Source of the DNA: Octopus sinensis | Taxonomy: Eukaryota | Assembly: GCF_006345805.1 (NCBI RefSeq) | Contig: NC_043006.1 | Location: forward strand, 99,634,001-99,698,000 | Direction: 5' to 3' | Length of the DNA stretch: 64,000 nucleotides | Shown: positions 1 to 14,809 of the stretch, piece after piece | How positions within the stretch are numbered: position 1 is the stretch's first letter | Layout: every line of letters starts with the position of its first letter | Notes under the pieces: model-generated | The model's database searches: none | Told to the model about the DNA's origin: nothing | What the model saw: the letters and a program-made list of their open reading frames with translations, nothing else | Translations under genes and position numbers: made by a program

Positions 1-297
1 CGTCCGTTTTAAATGTACTGATTTAATGTAGGTTTATGGATATATATACTCAATAATTTTAATGAGTTATTGCTTCTCGATTATAATCATCAAACGTGCC
101 ACATTTAATAGGTTAATGTAAGAATAACAGCAGTAATTTTAATATTGCACGTATATTTGGCATACATACATACGAATATATATGTGTGTGTGTGTGTGTG
201 TATGTGCATGTGTGTGTGTATGTGTGTGTATGTATGTATGTATGTATGCTCTCTCCCTCTCTCTCTCTCACACACAGAAACATGCAAACATACAGCC

Positions 298-331
<34 letters not shown>

Positions 332-442
332 AATATATAACAAATGAAAGACAAAGGATGGAGTGTACGAGAAGTTATTATTAATCACGACAGTTATTTC
401 GACACATCTAGCATCGATTCCTCTTGGGTGGGACACTCAACA

Positions 443-1630
443 GGCCATAAATAATGCGGTTTTGTAAATTCCATGAAATAAAACTCCGAGAGGGACGGCA
501 TAAAATACCTGTATCAATTTGTTATAAAAGCAGGTAGTAATTTTACATTGTACTTATTCTTAGTGCAAGTTTTGAAGAGTGCAGTTCGATTTTAAATTAC
601 TTTTTCAAAGCTACAAATGGAGTGAGAAAAGCGCATATTCGGCTTATTTTGCTTGATGAGTTCAATAAAGAAACAACTCAACGAAAAGAGTGAAGAATAT
701 TAATGCAGTAAATGGGGATCAGACAATAACCGTAAACCAATGTCAACGGTGGTTCCAAAAATTCCAGGCCGGAAAATACAGCCTAGAAAACAAGACTCGT
801 CCTCTAAGATCTGTAGAGCTCGACGAAGACGTCCTACAAAACTAGGTGGAAAAAAATCTTATCGTATCTGTTAAGACACTAGCAAAGAAGCATGGATTTC
901 GTCATCCAACCATTCGTCGATAGCTGCGTGGCATCGAAAATGCCAGTAAATTGGGTCAATGGCTTCCTCACAAACTTTCACCCGATAATCGCGCGCAGTG
1001 AGTGAATGTGCGTCCTTCTTTGCTGTCAGGTCTCACGAACGAACGATTATTGGACCGAATAGTGGCTGATGACGAGAAATGAGTTCTCTATAAAAATGTC
1101 AATCACCCGAAACAATGGGTAGGGAGAGGAGAAACACCTGTAACCCAGGCTAATGAATGACTTTACCCACGTAAGTTGTTTGTTCGGACATGAGAGGTTT
1201 AGTCGACTTCGAATTTTTAAACCCAAACCAAACGATTACAAAGTAGATGTACAGCGAGCAGCTTGAGTCAGCGCTAGAAGAAAAACGATCGTGTTTTGTT
1301 TCAAGACTGAAGCTGTTCTTCCATCAGAATAATACTCAGCTACATACAGCGGGTATGACATTCCAAAGGCTAGTACAGTTTGAATTGGAAACGATGCCCC
1401 ATACATCATATTGTCACCGGCCATTGCCCAATTTGATTATCATTTATTCTGCAGTCCTCAAAATCATTTTCACGGCAAAAAATATGAATTCTGTTGACGA
1501 GGTCGGAACAGTATTGGAGGAGTATTCTTCATCACCTACAAGTGAATTTTGGAATAGAGCCCTTGCAAGTCTACCCGATAAATGGAAGAGAACTGTAGAA
1601 AATTAAAGAGAGTATATTTTAGATTTAAAG
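443..1630 (+). mobile_element. Degenerate mariner (DD34D) transposon, transposase pseudogene
   Basis: Frame-broken translation: HIRLILL..EF, CQRWFQKF, KLGQWLPHKLS (WVPHEL motif), DRIVADDEK*VLYKN (first catalytic D), PHTSY..DYHLF (YSPDL region), WKRTVEN*REYILD. TIR-like ggccataaataatgcggtttt at 443. Confidence 0.9.
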
Positions 1631-4600
1631 GTGCTGTCATGCTGGGGTACCAACGTTATATGTATGCGCGTGTGTGTGTTTGTGTATAACAATATTAATA
1701 ATAAGAATTTCTACGAAGTTGCATAGCATTGCCTTTAATTCTTTAATTTACATTCCGTTTTATATAGACCAACACATTATATATATATATATACACTTTT
1801 GAATGTAGATTCTCTTTATTACAGATAAACAAAAGCAATTTGCAAAGCATAAATGTTGGTGAACAAATTATATATAATTATAAATTGTTCACTGCACCAT
1901 AACTCAGATTTTCCTGGTATATAGCGAATAACTAAGAAATTAGCTGCCTATAATACAATTTTACTCTTCGTTTGTTCACGAACAGTCCCTACACTATGTA
2001 CGTCATTTACTATGAAAAAATTAATACGAAGAACTTTAATAACCTGTCCTAACATAGTGTTTTATAAGAACGATACGCTAGCCGTCTATTATTATGTCAA
2101 TGAACATATTACTGCTAAAACTACAGGAAATTGAATATGTATATTTAGTGAGTGCACTTTAAGCTCACGATTATCCCTGATAGAGAGTCGTGTTAATATT
2201 TCATATTTCAATTTAGGAAAGTATTTCCCTAATAAAAATTTTAAGGTGTACAGATTTTGCATGAAAGACTTAACCGGCGACACATATTCATAAACATTGA
2301 AGACAACAACACAAGCTGTAGTGATAGGTACGTTACTTATGTTACAGTGCATGAATAAATTGTTTGAAAGCAAAATTTCAATATGTTGAAGAACTACAAA
2401 CAGAAATATTAAAATATACTCAATATAAATGCTTTCATATATTGAGCATAGTTTTAAGATCTAGATAGAATTTTATGTGGTAAAAATCTTTCATTTTCAT
2501 CTTCATGCATTATTACCTTTCTCCTTTTTATTTCTTTCACATAATTTTTTTACTAATTTTAACTTACCCATTTTATTCATAGTTTGTGTCATATTTTCGC
2601 TTTTCATTTCAATATTATTTTCCCCTTGCCTTATTTTCAGTGTCCTCGTTTTAATTCTTTATTTACGTTAACAATATATCACATAAAAAATATAGTTTAT
2701 ACGTTGTCTTATAACGACGTGAGACGCGATTAAAATATACTGGCTTTATTTGCCAAGATTAATTTTTACTAAGCACTTCGTTGCTACTCAGTTTTATTTA
2801 GCTTCCAATCATTTTTTGGATGCAGAATATTTTATTATACATCCGCAAACTTGCTGGAGATGGAAAGTTTAAGGATCCTCATTAATTTTTCATAATAAAA
2901 ATGATTATTATATGATACTGATTCCAGTACTTCGGTCGATGCAAGTAACATTTCTGAAAAACAAAATAGGTTTGTCCTTAAGAAATCAACGTCTTATGCT
3001 AAATGAAACATATATTCACATTCCATGCTTACTACAGATTAAGGTATGTCTGTCTGGTCGAGAAATATAAACTAATTGGGAAGTATAAACGCAAAACTAC
3101 AGTTCTCTGCATCCGTAGTCCTAAAATTAAATTTCTGCGTTAAAATTAATCAACTCTATATTGGTTAAGCACTAAACATAGAATATTAGCTACATATTTG
3201 GTGTAACACATTTTTTATAGCAATATATTGCATAATTAAAAACAAAGTAATTGACTATAGGTTTCCTATAGCATGTACGAGTAAAACTGACATTTTCATT
3301 TACATTACATCACCTTATACACAAATATCACATCGGATAGATGACGGTAAATATTCCATCTATTACGACTGATTTTACCGCGATTTTCTAATAGAATTGT
3401 ACAATTTAGCATTACGTCACAGAATACTCTAACCAATTTAATCCATTAATTATTTTTTATCGTTTGACTTGTGCACTCACAAAGATAATCAATTTTAAAA
3501 TACTTAAAACTGATTTCAGTAATTTTACACCAATCTATGCATCAGAAGAGATATATTGAAACGCATCAATACTAAAAGAATATAAGAAATTTAGAAATAA
3601 GCATAAATGCAAAACCACATAGCGATAGTCAATAGTAATCGTGAAAACGATGCTATGGAGTTTTGTCAGTGATAATGTATAATGAAAGGTTTTGTCGCTA
3701 CATTGTATACACTATCAACCGGTAACTATGGGAGTGTGAATGTCACAAAATAAGCGCACAGTAAATTTATAAAGAAGGAAATATGTTGCGACAGCAGTAA
3801 GATCTCTATAAAAATTCACAAAATATCACTCATCAGAAATGAGACAAAAATATTTCCTGCAATAAGATGCTATTTTTCATCTTCGGTAATATGTGCACGC
3901 CCACGCAAGTTCGTTCACCACCCGATTCTACGCACCAAAATCCGTTTAAGATCACCGTCAAATATGCATGCCAGTCTATGCGCATATTTGTTCGTTTTTG
4001 TCTGAGACGTTTTCGTTCTTAATCCACCCCTTAAAAGCCAAGAAGATGAAAGTGGCGTAGAGAGAGATCATCGTGTGTGTTAGAAATCTCTATGCTAATC
4101 TCTACGTGCTTAGTGTAAATAGTTCACCTGAAATGTGTTGCTGAAAGTGTTTCCTATTTAAAATTTATTCCACTTTTAAAGACAACAGCATATCAGATGG
4201 TTTATATTTAGTTTTCATTTCGATATTGAGCAATTTGTTCCAGGTTTTTCACTGTGCCTCAGTTACAATCCGTTGTTCAGCATTTACTGAGGCAGCTATT
4301 GCTGGTTTGGTACTAATTATGCCAACGTCTGAGATATTCAAGAGTTTTAGTTCTTGAACAAGCAAAATTAGTTATGCACTTAGATTCTGAAACTATTAGT
4401 TTGCGAAAATAATGTTGAGTAAAGACAAATGCGTATAAATCAGGAAAAGGCTGTCATATGAGTGAATAAAGAATGTAGCTGAACGGAAGGTATGCAGAGG
4501 TAGGTGTCATAGTGAGTTAATATTTTGCAGTAAATATGTAGGAAATGGCTTTTGTGTGTGTGTGTTTAGTTGAGGTCATATATGTGTGAGTAAATTTGGT

Positions 4601-5918
4601 GATAGTAAGTAATATGAGCGACAGTTGAAGCTATTACGCATGTGTGAATGCTCGAGGTACCTATGTTGGTGTGAGCCTATATGTCATTAAATGTATCGGA
4701 GATGCGGTTTCTGCATTGTTACAAAAGTAAATGAGTCTTAAATGAAACAGCGATTTGTGTGTGTTTGTGTTGTTTTGTTTTTTGTATGTTGTATGTTTAT
4801 GTGTGTGTGTGAGTGCTCGCGCGTGCATAACTTGAAAATATATTATGTGAAACAAGATCACGGACGTTTGCTATGAGATTGTACCCATGTGCGAGGAGGG
4901 GGGAAAATACAGAATCAAACGCAAGCCGCTAAAGTGGCAGAAAATTTAAACTTATGAGCACTTGAAGCAATATATGGAAAAGAACAGACTGGTGCGATAT
5001 TGAGAACATTAGGAAGAATGTAGTTATTACAAATCAAAATGTTTTAACGAGAAAAGGTCAGAAAATAAACTTAACAGATGAGTATTGAGTGAGGGTATAT
5101 CTGTGTGACTTCGAGATAAGTGTGTAATATTTTTGCCAAAGAGAAAAAGAAAAGCCGGCTGGAAGAAGCAGAGTATAATTTAAATGTGCTATTTATTAAG
5201 TATGATTTATGAAAGAATAAGTGGTTTTTTTTTCTCTGGTGTGATGTGCCTGCGTATATGGAAACGGCGTGTATCTCTAAGTGAGAGCGTGATACATACA
5301 CTCTGAAGCACAAGCATAAACACACTGAATATATGTATATATATATATATATATATGATACGTGTTGAAGTTTCCCTGCTGGGCAATCTTTAGAAATGTA
5401 GCTTATCTTTTGATATACATATTTATGAGCTATATATTTTCTTGATAGAGTTTCTACTTTGCTACATACACATCCTACAATGATAAACATCTAAACAATA
5501 CGCATCTCCTGTATTTCTATCCCCTCCACTCATAATGTCACTGTCACTAACTATCAATACATACGTATGCACATGATATCTGAACTTCTGTAAAATTATG
5601 TATTTTTCTCAATATGTCAAGATAATGTTTCAGCTCATTTCATATATTTGTAATATTTACTTTATTTTTTATATTCTAGTATTGGCTTTGGTAGTTATTG
5701 TGCCACTGGCGTTGATGATATGATTGTTGTATGCTCTGTTGTATATTTTTCTATCTCTACTCCTAACGGAATTGTTTTAATGTGCAATATGATAATGCTT
5801 GCTTTGATTTTGATTTTTCTTTGTGTAACTTCATCTTTTGCGTTCTAAGGTATTGCTCTGTACACACTAACACACACACTCGGTTCATGCATACATAAAT
5901 ACATTATACACACACACG

Positions 5919-5966
<48 letters not shown>

Positions 5967-6875
5967 ATAAACACATGGAAAAGATAGATAGGTACATAGT
6001 GAAACATCTATTACAGTTTTTAATGACACCTAGGAGAATCCTGCAAGTGAGCTTTTGGTATAGAACCTTGCGGTTCTACAGGAAAGTTTATGTCAATTTG
6101 ATCAAATGATGCTCAACATCGAGTGTGATGCACAAGTCTGGCGGATAGATTCACTGACAAATATATGGAACTAAGGGAAACATGTTATAAAACACATTTG
6201 TCCTGAGTATTCTAAATGGCTACGCATAAAATCTAAGCATGCCGTTTCGAAGTAGCTTTGCGAAATTACATCTTCCAATTTACGGTAACTGATAAGTAGC
6301 AATATTAGTATTACTAGAATTTACCGTATAACGGTCCTGTTTTCATACCGAATTCTACTTGGTGAAATTTATTGATTACTTCGTAATTAACTAGTTTTAC
6401 CCTTAATTACTATTGATAATAGATTTTTCTCCTTGAGAACCTGCTGCTGATTTTTTCTGTAGCATTTACTTGAAGACACACGTGGAAAGGCAGAGGAGGC
6501 TAAGCGACTCTCATTCATGTTTTGAATCTGGCGGTACTGACATTAGCGGCCGTTACATTGAAGGAGTCGTTCTAATGTTTTAGTAACCTCAGATTATTGC
6601 AGAAAATCCATACTGAGGAGGAATATGGTTAGTAAAGTTTATATTTTTTGTATATTCTTTATTTAAAACCTTATTCCGAAACGCGCGTCTATGGATAATC
6701 GGATATTGATTCATTTTCGTTACGTTACCCTCTGCCTGGATGAATAATATTCAAGTATTATGATTTCTCTAGTAGACCCTTTTTAAAGTAGAAGAAATGG
6801 CTTAGATTTTGGCTGCTATTTCTGAACTTCGGTGTGTGGTGATGCATTTCTTATGTTGCTGATCCCTTAATATTA

Positions 6876-6924
<49 letters not shown>

Positions 6925-6945
6925 GTGTGTGTGTGTGTGTGTGTG

Positions 6946-7008
<63 letters not shown>

Positions 7009-9294
7009 TACTCAAAGTAATTCTAAATCTGTCTGATTTTTATGTCTTATTTATATTCTTATAATATGAAGACATATATATATATTGCGGATTACTGCAC
7101 GAGTCAAAATATAAGGAAAAGAATCTGAAAATATATATATATATCCGTATGTATGTATTCCTGGACACATGTAAAACTTGTATGCATGAATTCTAATTGC
7201 TTCAATTCATGCTTGAATTCTGGTAATAGATTTAGCATTTTGTATTTAATAAAGGTGATCAGCCCATTTAACAAAATTCAAAAAAATATTTAGCATTCCA
7301 CGGATCCCCGTATCTAAATTTACTGTTGTTGAGAAGTAGTTGACAATTGACTTAGTGTACACTGAATCGTGTATAGTTAATCTCTATGTACTTAGCATAA
7401 AAATCTACGCGTGATGCGAGTTCCTCTCGGTATTTCATTAAGAATGTATTCCATTTTTATTGACGGTTGCGTATCAAATCAGTTACATTTAGTTTTAGTT
7501 CAATATTTGAGTAGATTACTACTGATTTTCACTGGGTTTGCGCTACAATCAGTCGTTGAGCATTTACGAAAGATATTGCTTGCTGTTTTGAAACGAATTA
7601 TCCCAACGGCTACGAATTACAATATTTCTAGTTTTTCAACAAGGGAAATTAATTACGCATTTACCATTCTGAAACTAATAAGAAAAAAAATCCTTCATAT
7701 CTTTCGTGGAAATATATCTGTATACATACATATTCGCGTGAACGAACACATATTTATGTATCAGTTTTATGCGCCAATCCTCAGAGATTGTTTCCCTTTA
7801 ATATAGCATCGATTATATAATGAACGACAATGGTATTTGTGTACTGAGTAACCGAAAAAATCTCCACCAGAAATATAATACCTCATAAAAATACTTTACT
7901 GTAAAAGCTATATGATGTCGCTCATATACCGATGCACGAATAAACTTACTATAAAATTCATTTCTGAGGAGAGACATCATTTACTGTAATGCTTTTAATA
8001 TTAATTTTATCATATATGGCTTACTATATTACCTGTTTCCATTTCAAAGGTCTAATGATGAAACGTTCATTTATACTGATACACAAGTTTTGGAACCTAT
8101 ACTTTCAAATGTGGATTCCACTGAAATTATCAGAAATGAGACGGTAACGTTAAATTGAGCGACAATTGATAGCTAGCCCAAATTTGGCAGTTGTTCACCT
8201 TTTCGATATTCGATTATTGCCTCATTTTGCCTCATATTGCCTATTTATTGCCTCATTTTAAATGCTGCCAGGAAAATCACGCCCGTTACATGGGCAAAAT
8301 ACACTTTGTTATTTGTTTTTTAAGAAAGAACCTAAAACCGTTTCGCAACTATTGAACAAATTTTCATTACCACATCACAGGATATTTTTTTAAGTTTAGT
8401 GTTGATACGAGTGGTAAGAGGGGGACGTTTGCAAGAAGATAAGCTTTCTTTGTAACCGTACGGAACCGGACACAGCTAGAGCTGCTGATGAATATATCTA
8501 TAGAAGCTTTGCCTTTTATTGCCTGCGACAGGTTATTCTATTCCACTTAACAGAATTCTTTGTATTTGTATACGTAGAATCTGTAGACGGTGTAAATCGG
8601 AATCTGCAAAACCAATCGAATTATGTTAAACTTAAAATTTCATGAAGGGCTATGCTAATCACGAACAACTATATCAGCAAAGTGAATAAGCCGGCAATTT
8701 TCTCTACAAAGGAATGGGACGAAAACTGAAAGCATTTATATAAGCAATGTGAGCATTACCTTATGTCGAAACGTTTGTGTTAGAAAGTGGAGACAAAATG
8801 TCTGAATGAAAAATACATCTAATAAGGAGGCGAGAGCTCCAGTCTCCGTGTAGGTAATACACAAATTATACAGAACATTTTAAAATAGTAATTGCACAAG
8901 TAAAATCCAATATGCGAACTAACACAATAAAGAAATTAAGATAACTAGGAAATATTGTTTAATAGTAGCATTATTTTAGTTTTGAAAATTTAAAGAATGC
9001 TAACAAACTACAAATGCACAGACAATATGCTGATGGGATATTTGAGAAACTGCTCCTCAGGAAATGAAACAAAATACAAGAAACATAAACGAGAAATAGC
9101 CAAGGGACACTTAAAAAGCAGCAAAATATTTTCCTACAGATTTAAGAACGAAAATTATGAAAAGCATTGTTTGAAACAAAACGTCAATTCTAGAGACGCA
9201 TAGACAAAATAAATTCGATACTTAATATCCAATACACATTTTTAGATATGTCTTCCCTACAGACCCGTAACACAGTTGTCATAAATGTTCACCA

Positions 9295-9432
9295 AATTAT
9301 ATATACAAGTAAGATTATATATACAATTATATATACAAGTAAGATTATATATACAATTATATATACAAGTAAGATTATATATACAATTACATATACAAGT
9401 AAGATTATACATGCAATTATATATACAAGTAA
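9295..9432. repeat. 30-bp tandem repeat, about 4.5 copies
   Basis: Unit aattatatatacaagtaagattatatatac; gives the IIYTSKIIYT periodicity of ORF 9248..9511. Confidence 0.95.
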
Positions 9433-9433
9433 C

Positions 9434-9493
9434 GGCGGCGAGCTGGCAGAATCGTTAGCACGCCGGGCGAAGTGCTTAGCGGTATTTCGTCTG
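9434..9493 (+). mobile_element. tRNA-derived SINE family A, head fragment
   Basis: ggcggcgagctggcagaatcgttagcacgccgggcgaagtgcttagcggtatttcgtctg matches the 5' end of the full copy at 56099. Confidence 0.9.
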
Positions 9494-9786
9494 GTGATAT
9501 CTAAGCCCTGAAAATAATTAAGGATAAACCTATATTTTAAAACGAAATATAGATTTATTTCTCATATGCAAATCTCGGGTACTAAAGGCAAAAAGTTGAT
9601 CGACTCGATGCTACTTGCTTTCTGCTTCGGTATAGCAGTTCTAAATGTCGAAAAGTAGATAGAGAACAATAATCAGGATCAGCGGTAAGGATGTCGATTT
9701 GAAAACCTAACTGGAATTCCTAACCTTCCAAATGTAACATTTCAGCAAACACCTGTACGATTTGGACTTTTTAGATATATATAATA

Positions 9787-10100
9787 ACGAGTGTCGGCTG
9801 AAAACATAACAGGCGGAGCGGGATTCTCTCATGGAACGTGAGAAAATGAGGTTTATCTTTCATCATTGTTCCCGCTGCGGTCCACACACTTCTTCCATCG
9901 GTGTTGCAGTGCTTGGACACTATTGGTAGAACGGGATTCATCTTGTCGGTCAAAACGTTATCAACAGCAGATATGACATCATCATGACTGCGATACTGGT
10001 TTCCAGCCGAACTCTTCCTTTTTCATTTCTGAGAACAAATGATTGTCAGATGGGTCCGTATCAGTTGAATAGGGAGCCTGATCAATCAGTTCAAATCAAA
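9787..10100 (-). mobile_element. Mariner 3' remnant
   Basis: Minus strand APYSTDTDPSDNHLF (YSPDLAPSDYHLF-like) ... VQALQHRWKKCVD; TIR-like cgagtgtcggctgaaaa at 9788. Confidence 0.85.
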
Positions 10101-12829
10101 TGTTAAAGTTTATGTAGACTAGGAAACTTCTCTCTCTTAACAAGGAAAATGCCTAATAACTGGGAGTGGGTAGCATGAAAGACTTAAACTATACTTACAT
10201 TACTATCTGAATCATGGAAATATATTAGGACGTTGACACGTCATGTGTCTGTGTATTTCTGCCCTCTATAGATGTAAACGCACGCATGTGTGTGTGTGTG
10301 TATGAATATATGTTTATAATCGAGGTTTTATATAAACATATACAAGTTAATGATTTCAAAATTTACTCAGGTATATATTTAATATTTTTAATGATACATA
10401 TAGAATTAGTAAAGATGACGTCAGAAAAATCTAGTGTTTATGAATCTGGTTTTGCAGTTAGTTGGTGTTTGCACATTCATATATTGTATTTCCTGTGTTC
10501 TATATCCGAAGCCTTTCCGGACGGCCTCACCTTTAGTCATATGGGATCATATAATTACTAGAAATATGTACATTTATTTCGTACTTAGTTGATGAATGTA
10601 TAATTCGAGAGACATTTCTGGTCTTTCTGTTGCTTTATCAGATTAATAGGCCATGTAAAATCTGCCTTCGTTCGCTCGTTACTGTCATTTACCATATTTT
10701 AGATTTTATTGTCAACGAAGCATAACAATAGTCAAACTTATGTTGGTAAAACTTACCGATCAAAATATTATGCATAAGAGAAATATTACAAAACCTCTTT
10801 ATGTTTTCTTGATAATTTGAAATGACTTGTGGAACTGGTAATAATGTGGTTAGAGAATCTGCAATATAAGGAAGCAGCGCTCTGTGTTTATAATTAACGT
10901 GTTTAGTTGTATGTACTGCTGTTAGTCCTGATTCAACGTCTTTATGTGCAATTCTGAGAAAATATCTAAATTATATTTTCTAACTTCATATTTTAATATT
11001 CTTCTCATAAGAAGAAAGCCAGGTTAAAGCTACTGGGTCGATCCAATAATACGCAAATATCGAAGTTTTAAAATCGAAACATGTACACGTCATTGCACAT
11101 GAATTACTTTTTTTAAGTTTCCATGGAAACAGTTTGTTAAAAATTGATATTTGCTTGACTTCACACTAAACCCATCTCGTACAGTGCTTTAGAAATGCTG
11201 TAGGGTATGACATGCCACAAGAATACTAACTTCATACCGGTGATTTTAAATAAGAGTTCAGCGTTTTTGACTCTCAATGTTTTCTTTTAATTATAAAATT
11301 CACCTGCAGCGATAGTTTTCGAAATGAAACTAAATTTTGGCAGCCAGTAATTAAATTTCTGCTAGTTCAATCTAAATATAACATCTTTTCTTGTATGTGA
11401 GGGTTCTGCAAAGTGTTCCCTTAAAACAGCAATACTATATTAAGGTGACATATCAAATTACCCACTGCAATTCTGCATTCTCAAAATCAAGTAAAATGAT
11501 ATATTAAAATTGCTACAGGGAAGTTACTTTCGTTCGTTTCGCTACTCTGTTCCTTTTTGTCATTTTTCCTTATTTAAAATTTGTTTAATCGAAATCCTCA
11601 CGAAATCATATTATAAAATGACTTTATGTTTTCTTGATAATTTGAAATGACTTGTGGAACTTGTAATAACATGGCTTCAAGTGAATTACCGAAGTTCATA
11701 CAGTTGGACGCTGCATAATTAAACATTTTTTAACCAAACTATTAATCCGTTATAAATGGAACTTGTATCTATTTATTTTTGTAGTTCTGTTATGCTATGT
11801 TAGTATTATAATTACTATTAATAATATTAACATGATAATATTAATTATTATTACTACTAATATTAATACTAATACTAGTATTTCTTGACTATTTTCATTC
11901 CGTCTCTTTTGTATTTGTTCGGGCTTAATTAATGCTTCTTACAACTCATTCGATTTTCTACAATTTTCCAGTATTTTATTATACGATTTATTTATTTTCG
12001 ATCAGATCCGTTCATTTCAATTTATCCACATATTTATTATATAAATTGTTCTTCCTTGTTTCCATTATTTTTCATTTTGTTTCTATCTGCCTTTCTTCCT
12101 TTGCTTAAAATTCATGCATTATCTTCCATTTTCGCTATGTGAATTATCGTTGATATCATTCAGTTATATTTCCGTTTCTGATGCGATTTTGTGTTTCCTA
12201 ATTTTCACTATATCTTGCTAATAGGAGAGAAGAGCTGGAGCCTACAAAACGCATTCTAGAAATTTAACCGCCTCATACAGAGATTCTTGCCATCTCAAAT
12301 TCCGTACGTAAAACACACTACTCATGTGCTGATGAAGAGAACGTAAATGAAATCAGATATAGTTAATTTCATTGTGATCGGTACCCTTAAGGTGTTTGCT
12401 ACAATTAAGTCATCTCTCCTCCTTTTCATATATTTAACGTTATAAAATATACGTACATTACTGGTATGAGATACTGAATTACATTTAGAGCTTTGGTTAA
12501 AATCTGCAACTAGTGTTCCGTGTTACAAGACTTCAGCCATTTTATCAAAGCAACTCTGTATTTCCGTCTATTTGCACTGATTTCATAGACCAATACTTTA
12601 GTGTAAAGAAATGTGGCATCAGAAAACCTTTGGCTATTAGCTCATCGATCCATTCTCTGGATATGGAGACGCATCGTAGCTTTGTGAAAAAGGAATATAT
12701 TTTAGATTGTATGCATGCATGCACGTATGTATGTAGTTAAGTAGGTAGGTATGTCACATCGATACTCTCACTAAATATTAGAGGAAAGTTGCAAGTCAGC
12801 AACAGAACCAAGATTTATTTCCTGGGAGA

Positions 12830-13450
12830 CAATATCGCATATAGTCAAGCTTTATGCATAACACTCACCGAAATATCTCTTAAAAGCTGATATCGCAAAT
12901 ATAGAATACACTTACACTCCTATGTTATATCGCGAACTGACAAAAAAGTCATGTCTCAGGGTGTAGTTGCACTTTACTCTGTGAAAACCTCACGCCATGT
13001 GTCCTTTCGGCATACTGAAAAGCAGTGTGTACAGCTTTAATTGTACATATAAGACAGTACTGCATGGTTATATGAACGATTTACAGTCCACCGGATGCTC
13101 TAAATCGGGAAGATTTTAAGGCTACCTTGCAAAAATATAATTAATGTCCTAACTAGATAAGAGCAACACATCAGTGTATTTCTCAAAGGAGATTTCAGTT
13201 TGCGTAGAGTAGGACGGCCTGAAGAATGTTTTTCTTTTTAAGAATGACGTGATGTGTAAAAGATAGGTGGAAACGCTTCCGCATCATCACTAACACGTTA
13301 TACATTGAGTTAGTTGGACCACATTGGTAATCGAACGAACCAGAGGAAACAATATACTTGCTCTCTGCTTCCCGAACAATATGGATCTATAATGTGAAAG
13401 TGACACCGACGCTAGTCTCAGATCACAATATCATAGTGCTGATTAAGTAT
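12830..13450 (+). mobile_element. LINE (CR1/L2-group) APE endonuclease remnant
   Basis: Ordered, frameshifted APE motifs: ITLTEIS, YVISRTDK..GVVALY, IYSPP, KGDFSL, RTRGNNILALCFPN, TLVSDHNII. Confidence 0.65.
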
Positions 13451-13799
13451 GGACCAAAGGAATCTGCAATCAACACACTATGTTTAATACCCGAAATCTA
13501 TCGAATTTCAAACTTCGTTAAGCATACTGGAAATTTATTTAAAAATAGATCTTAAAAAAAGATTCTCATTCAACGTCTCTGGACAGCTGGCATCGACATG
13601 ACATTTTAAAATTTTATGTCTATAATCCAGGGTATATCGCAGAAGCTTGTTCTGGATAGAAAGGCGCCTGTAGGAAATTCCAATGAAGAGGAAAATTTTT
13701 ATTGAAAGGCGTTCAATGACTGCAAACCGACTAAACTGAGTACTGAATGGCGGTGAAAATTGCTGACTAAAATCAACACTTCTGGTGATTGAGAAGACT

Positions 13800-14095
13800 C
13801 TGAAACGCTCCCATGAAAAGAGATAAGGTAGGTAAAGAATACTGGGCTTAAGAAAATATGGTTTTCTAACCGTCTTGAGAGTAGGAGAAAGGAAAGCAGC
13901 TTGGTGAATAGACCAAATTATATAGGTCCGTAAATACATTCGGTAGATGGTAATGAGATCAGCATTAGGCACTCCTGTACGATAAAGAGACACAAGAGCC
14001 CGCAAACTCTTGGGCTCAGCAGAGGTCAAGTGTGTTTACTACTACTAGCGATCAATGAGAGCGCTGGCCTCGGTCTCTAAAAGAACCAGTTCACC
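13800..14095 (-). mobile_element. LINE (L2/Crack-like) post-RT remnant
   Basis: KSLRALVSLYRTGVPNADLITIYRMYLRT resembles the KRLYxLxxLxxxGVxxxDLxxIYxxxIRP region that follows the RT domain. Confidence 0.5.
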
Positions 14096-14154
14096 TTGTT
14101 CTATTTTTAATTACTGATAGAAAATACAAACAAATAATAATAATAATAATAATA

Positions 14155-14186
<32 letters not shown>

Positions 14187-14244
14187 TATATATATATATT
14201 TATATGTATATACTGATGTTCACATCGTTGAGTTTTTGGATTAG

Positions 14245-14545
14245 TAAATATTTTTTCAGACAGATCGTGTAAATAGGTTCCCATTGGCCGGATATTGTTA
14301 TATTGAATATAAGAGACAAATACTGTCAAATCATTGATGTAGCTATATCAAATGCCATGAATGTTGTAAGTAAAATGGTTGAAAAAATTCACCAAGTACA
14401 CCGAATTGAAAGCGGAAATGGCAAGGCTGTATGGAATGCGACAGGGTAATGTAAAAGTGATACCGGTGGTGGTCGGAGCGTTGGGCTCAATCCCATTGAA
14501 TCTTCAAAATTTCTTAAGGCATGGAAATCCCATGCAATATCGATG
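14245..14545 (+). mobile_element. R4/Dong-like retrotransposon, restriction-like endonuclease (RLE) fragment
   Basis: FQTDR..WPDIVILN..CQIIDVAI..EKFTKYTELKAEMARLY..VIPVVVGALGSIP; (TAA)n tracts on both sides. Confidence 0.85.
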
Positions 14546-14809
14546 TCTTGCAATAATGATAATAACAACAACCACAACAACAACAATAATAATAATGCTT
14601 TCTGATCTAGTCGCTATACCAAGCAGTCTTTATCGAGATGCGACTCACAGGAATCACTGCCATTCGCTTTGGAGAATTGTCTGTTTCCTGTCTTGTGCTT
14701 CTGCTAATAACTCCAATACAAGTCAAGAGTTCTCTGTCTCTAGAAAACTATATGGCGTTTGTTAACGATTTGTAAACAAGTATTTCTAATATTAAACCAG
14801 TACAAACAT

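Noticed and set aside
8478-8515. CTGATGA followed by tata/tata and GAAG
   Set aside because: No GAAA and no stem I; chance HHR-like match. The same applies to CTGATGA at about 12329, 42122 and 46559.
9295-9432. CRISPR-like periodicity
   Set aside because: No unique spacers, eukaryotic context, no cas genes.
12640-12712. WRRIV..KEYILD resembling a mariner C-terminus
   Set aside because: Too short, with no other motif or TIR.
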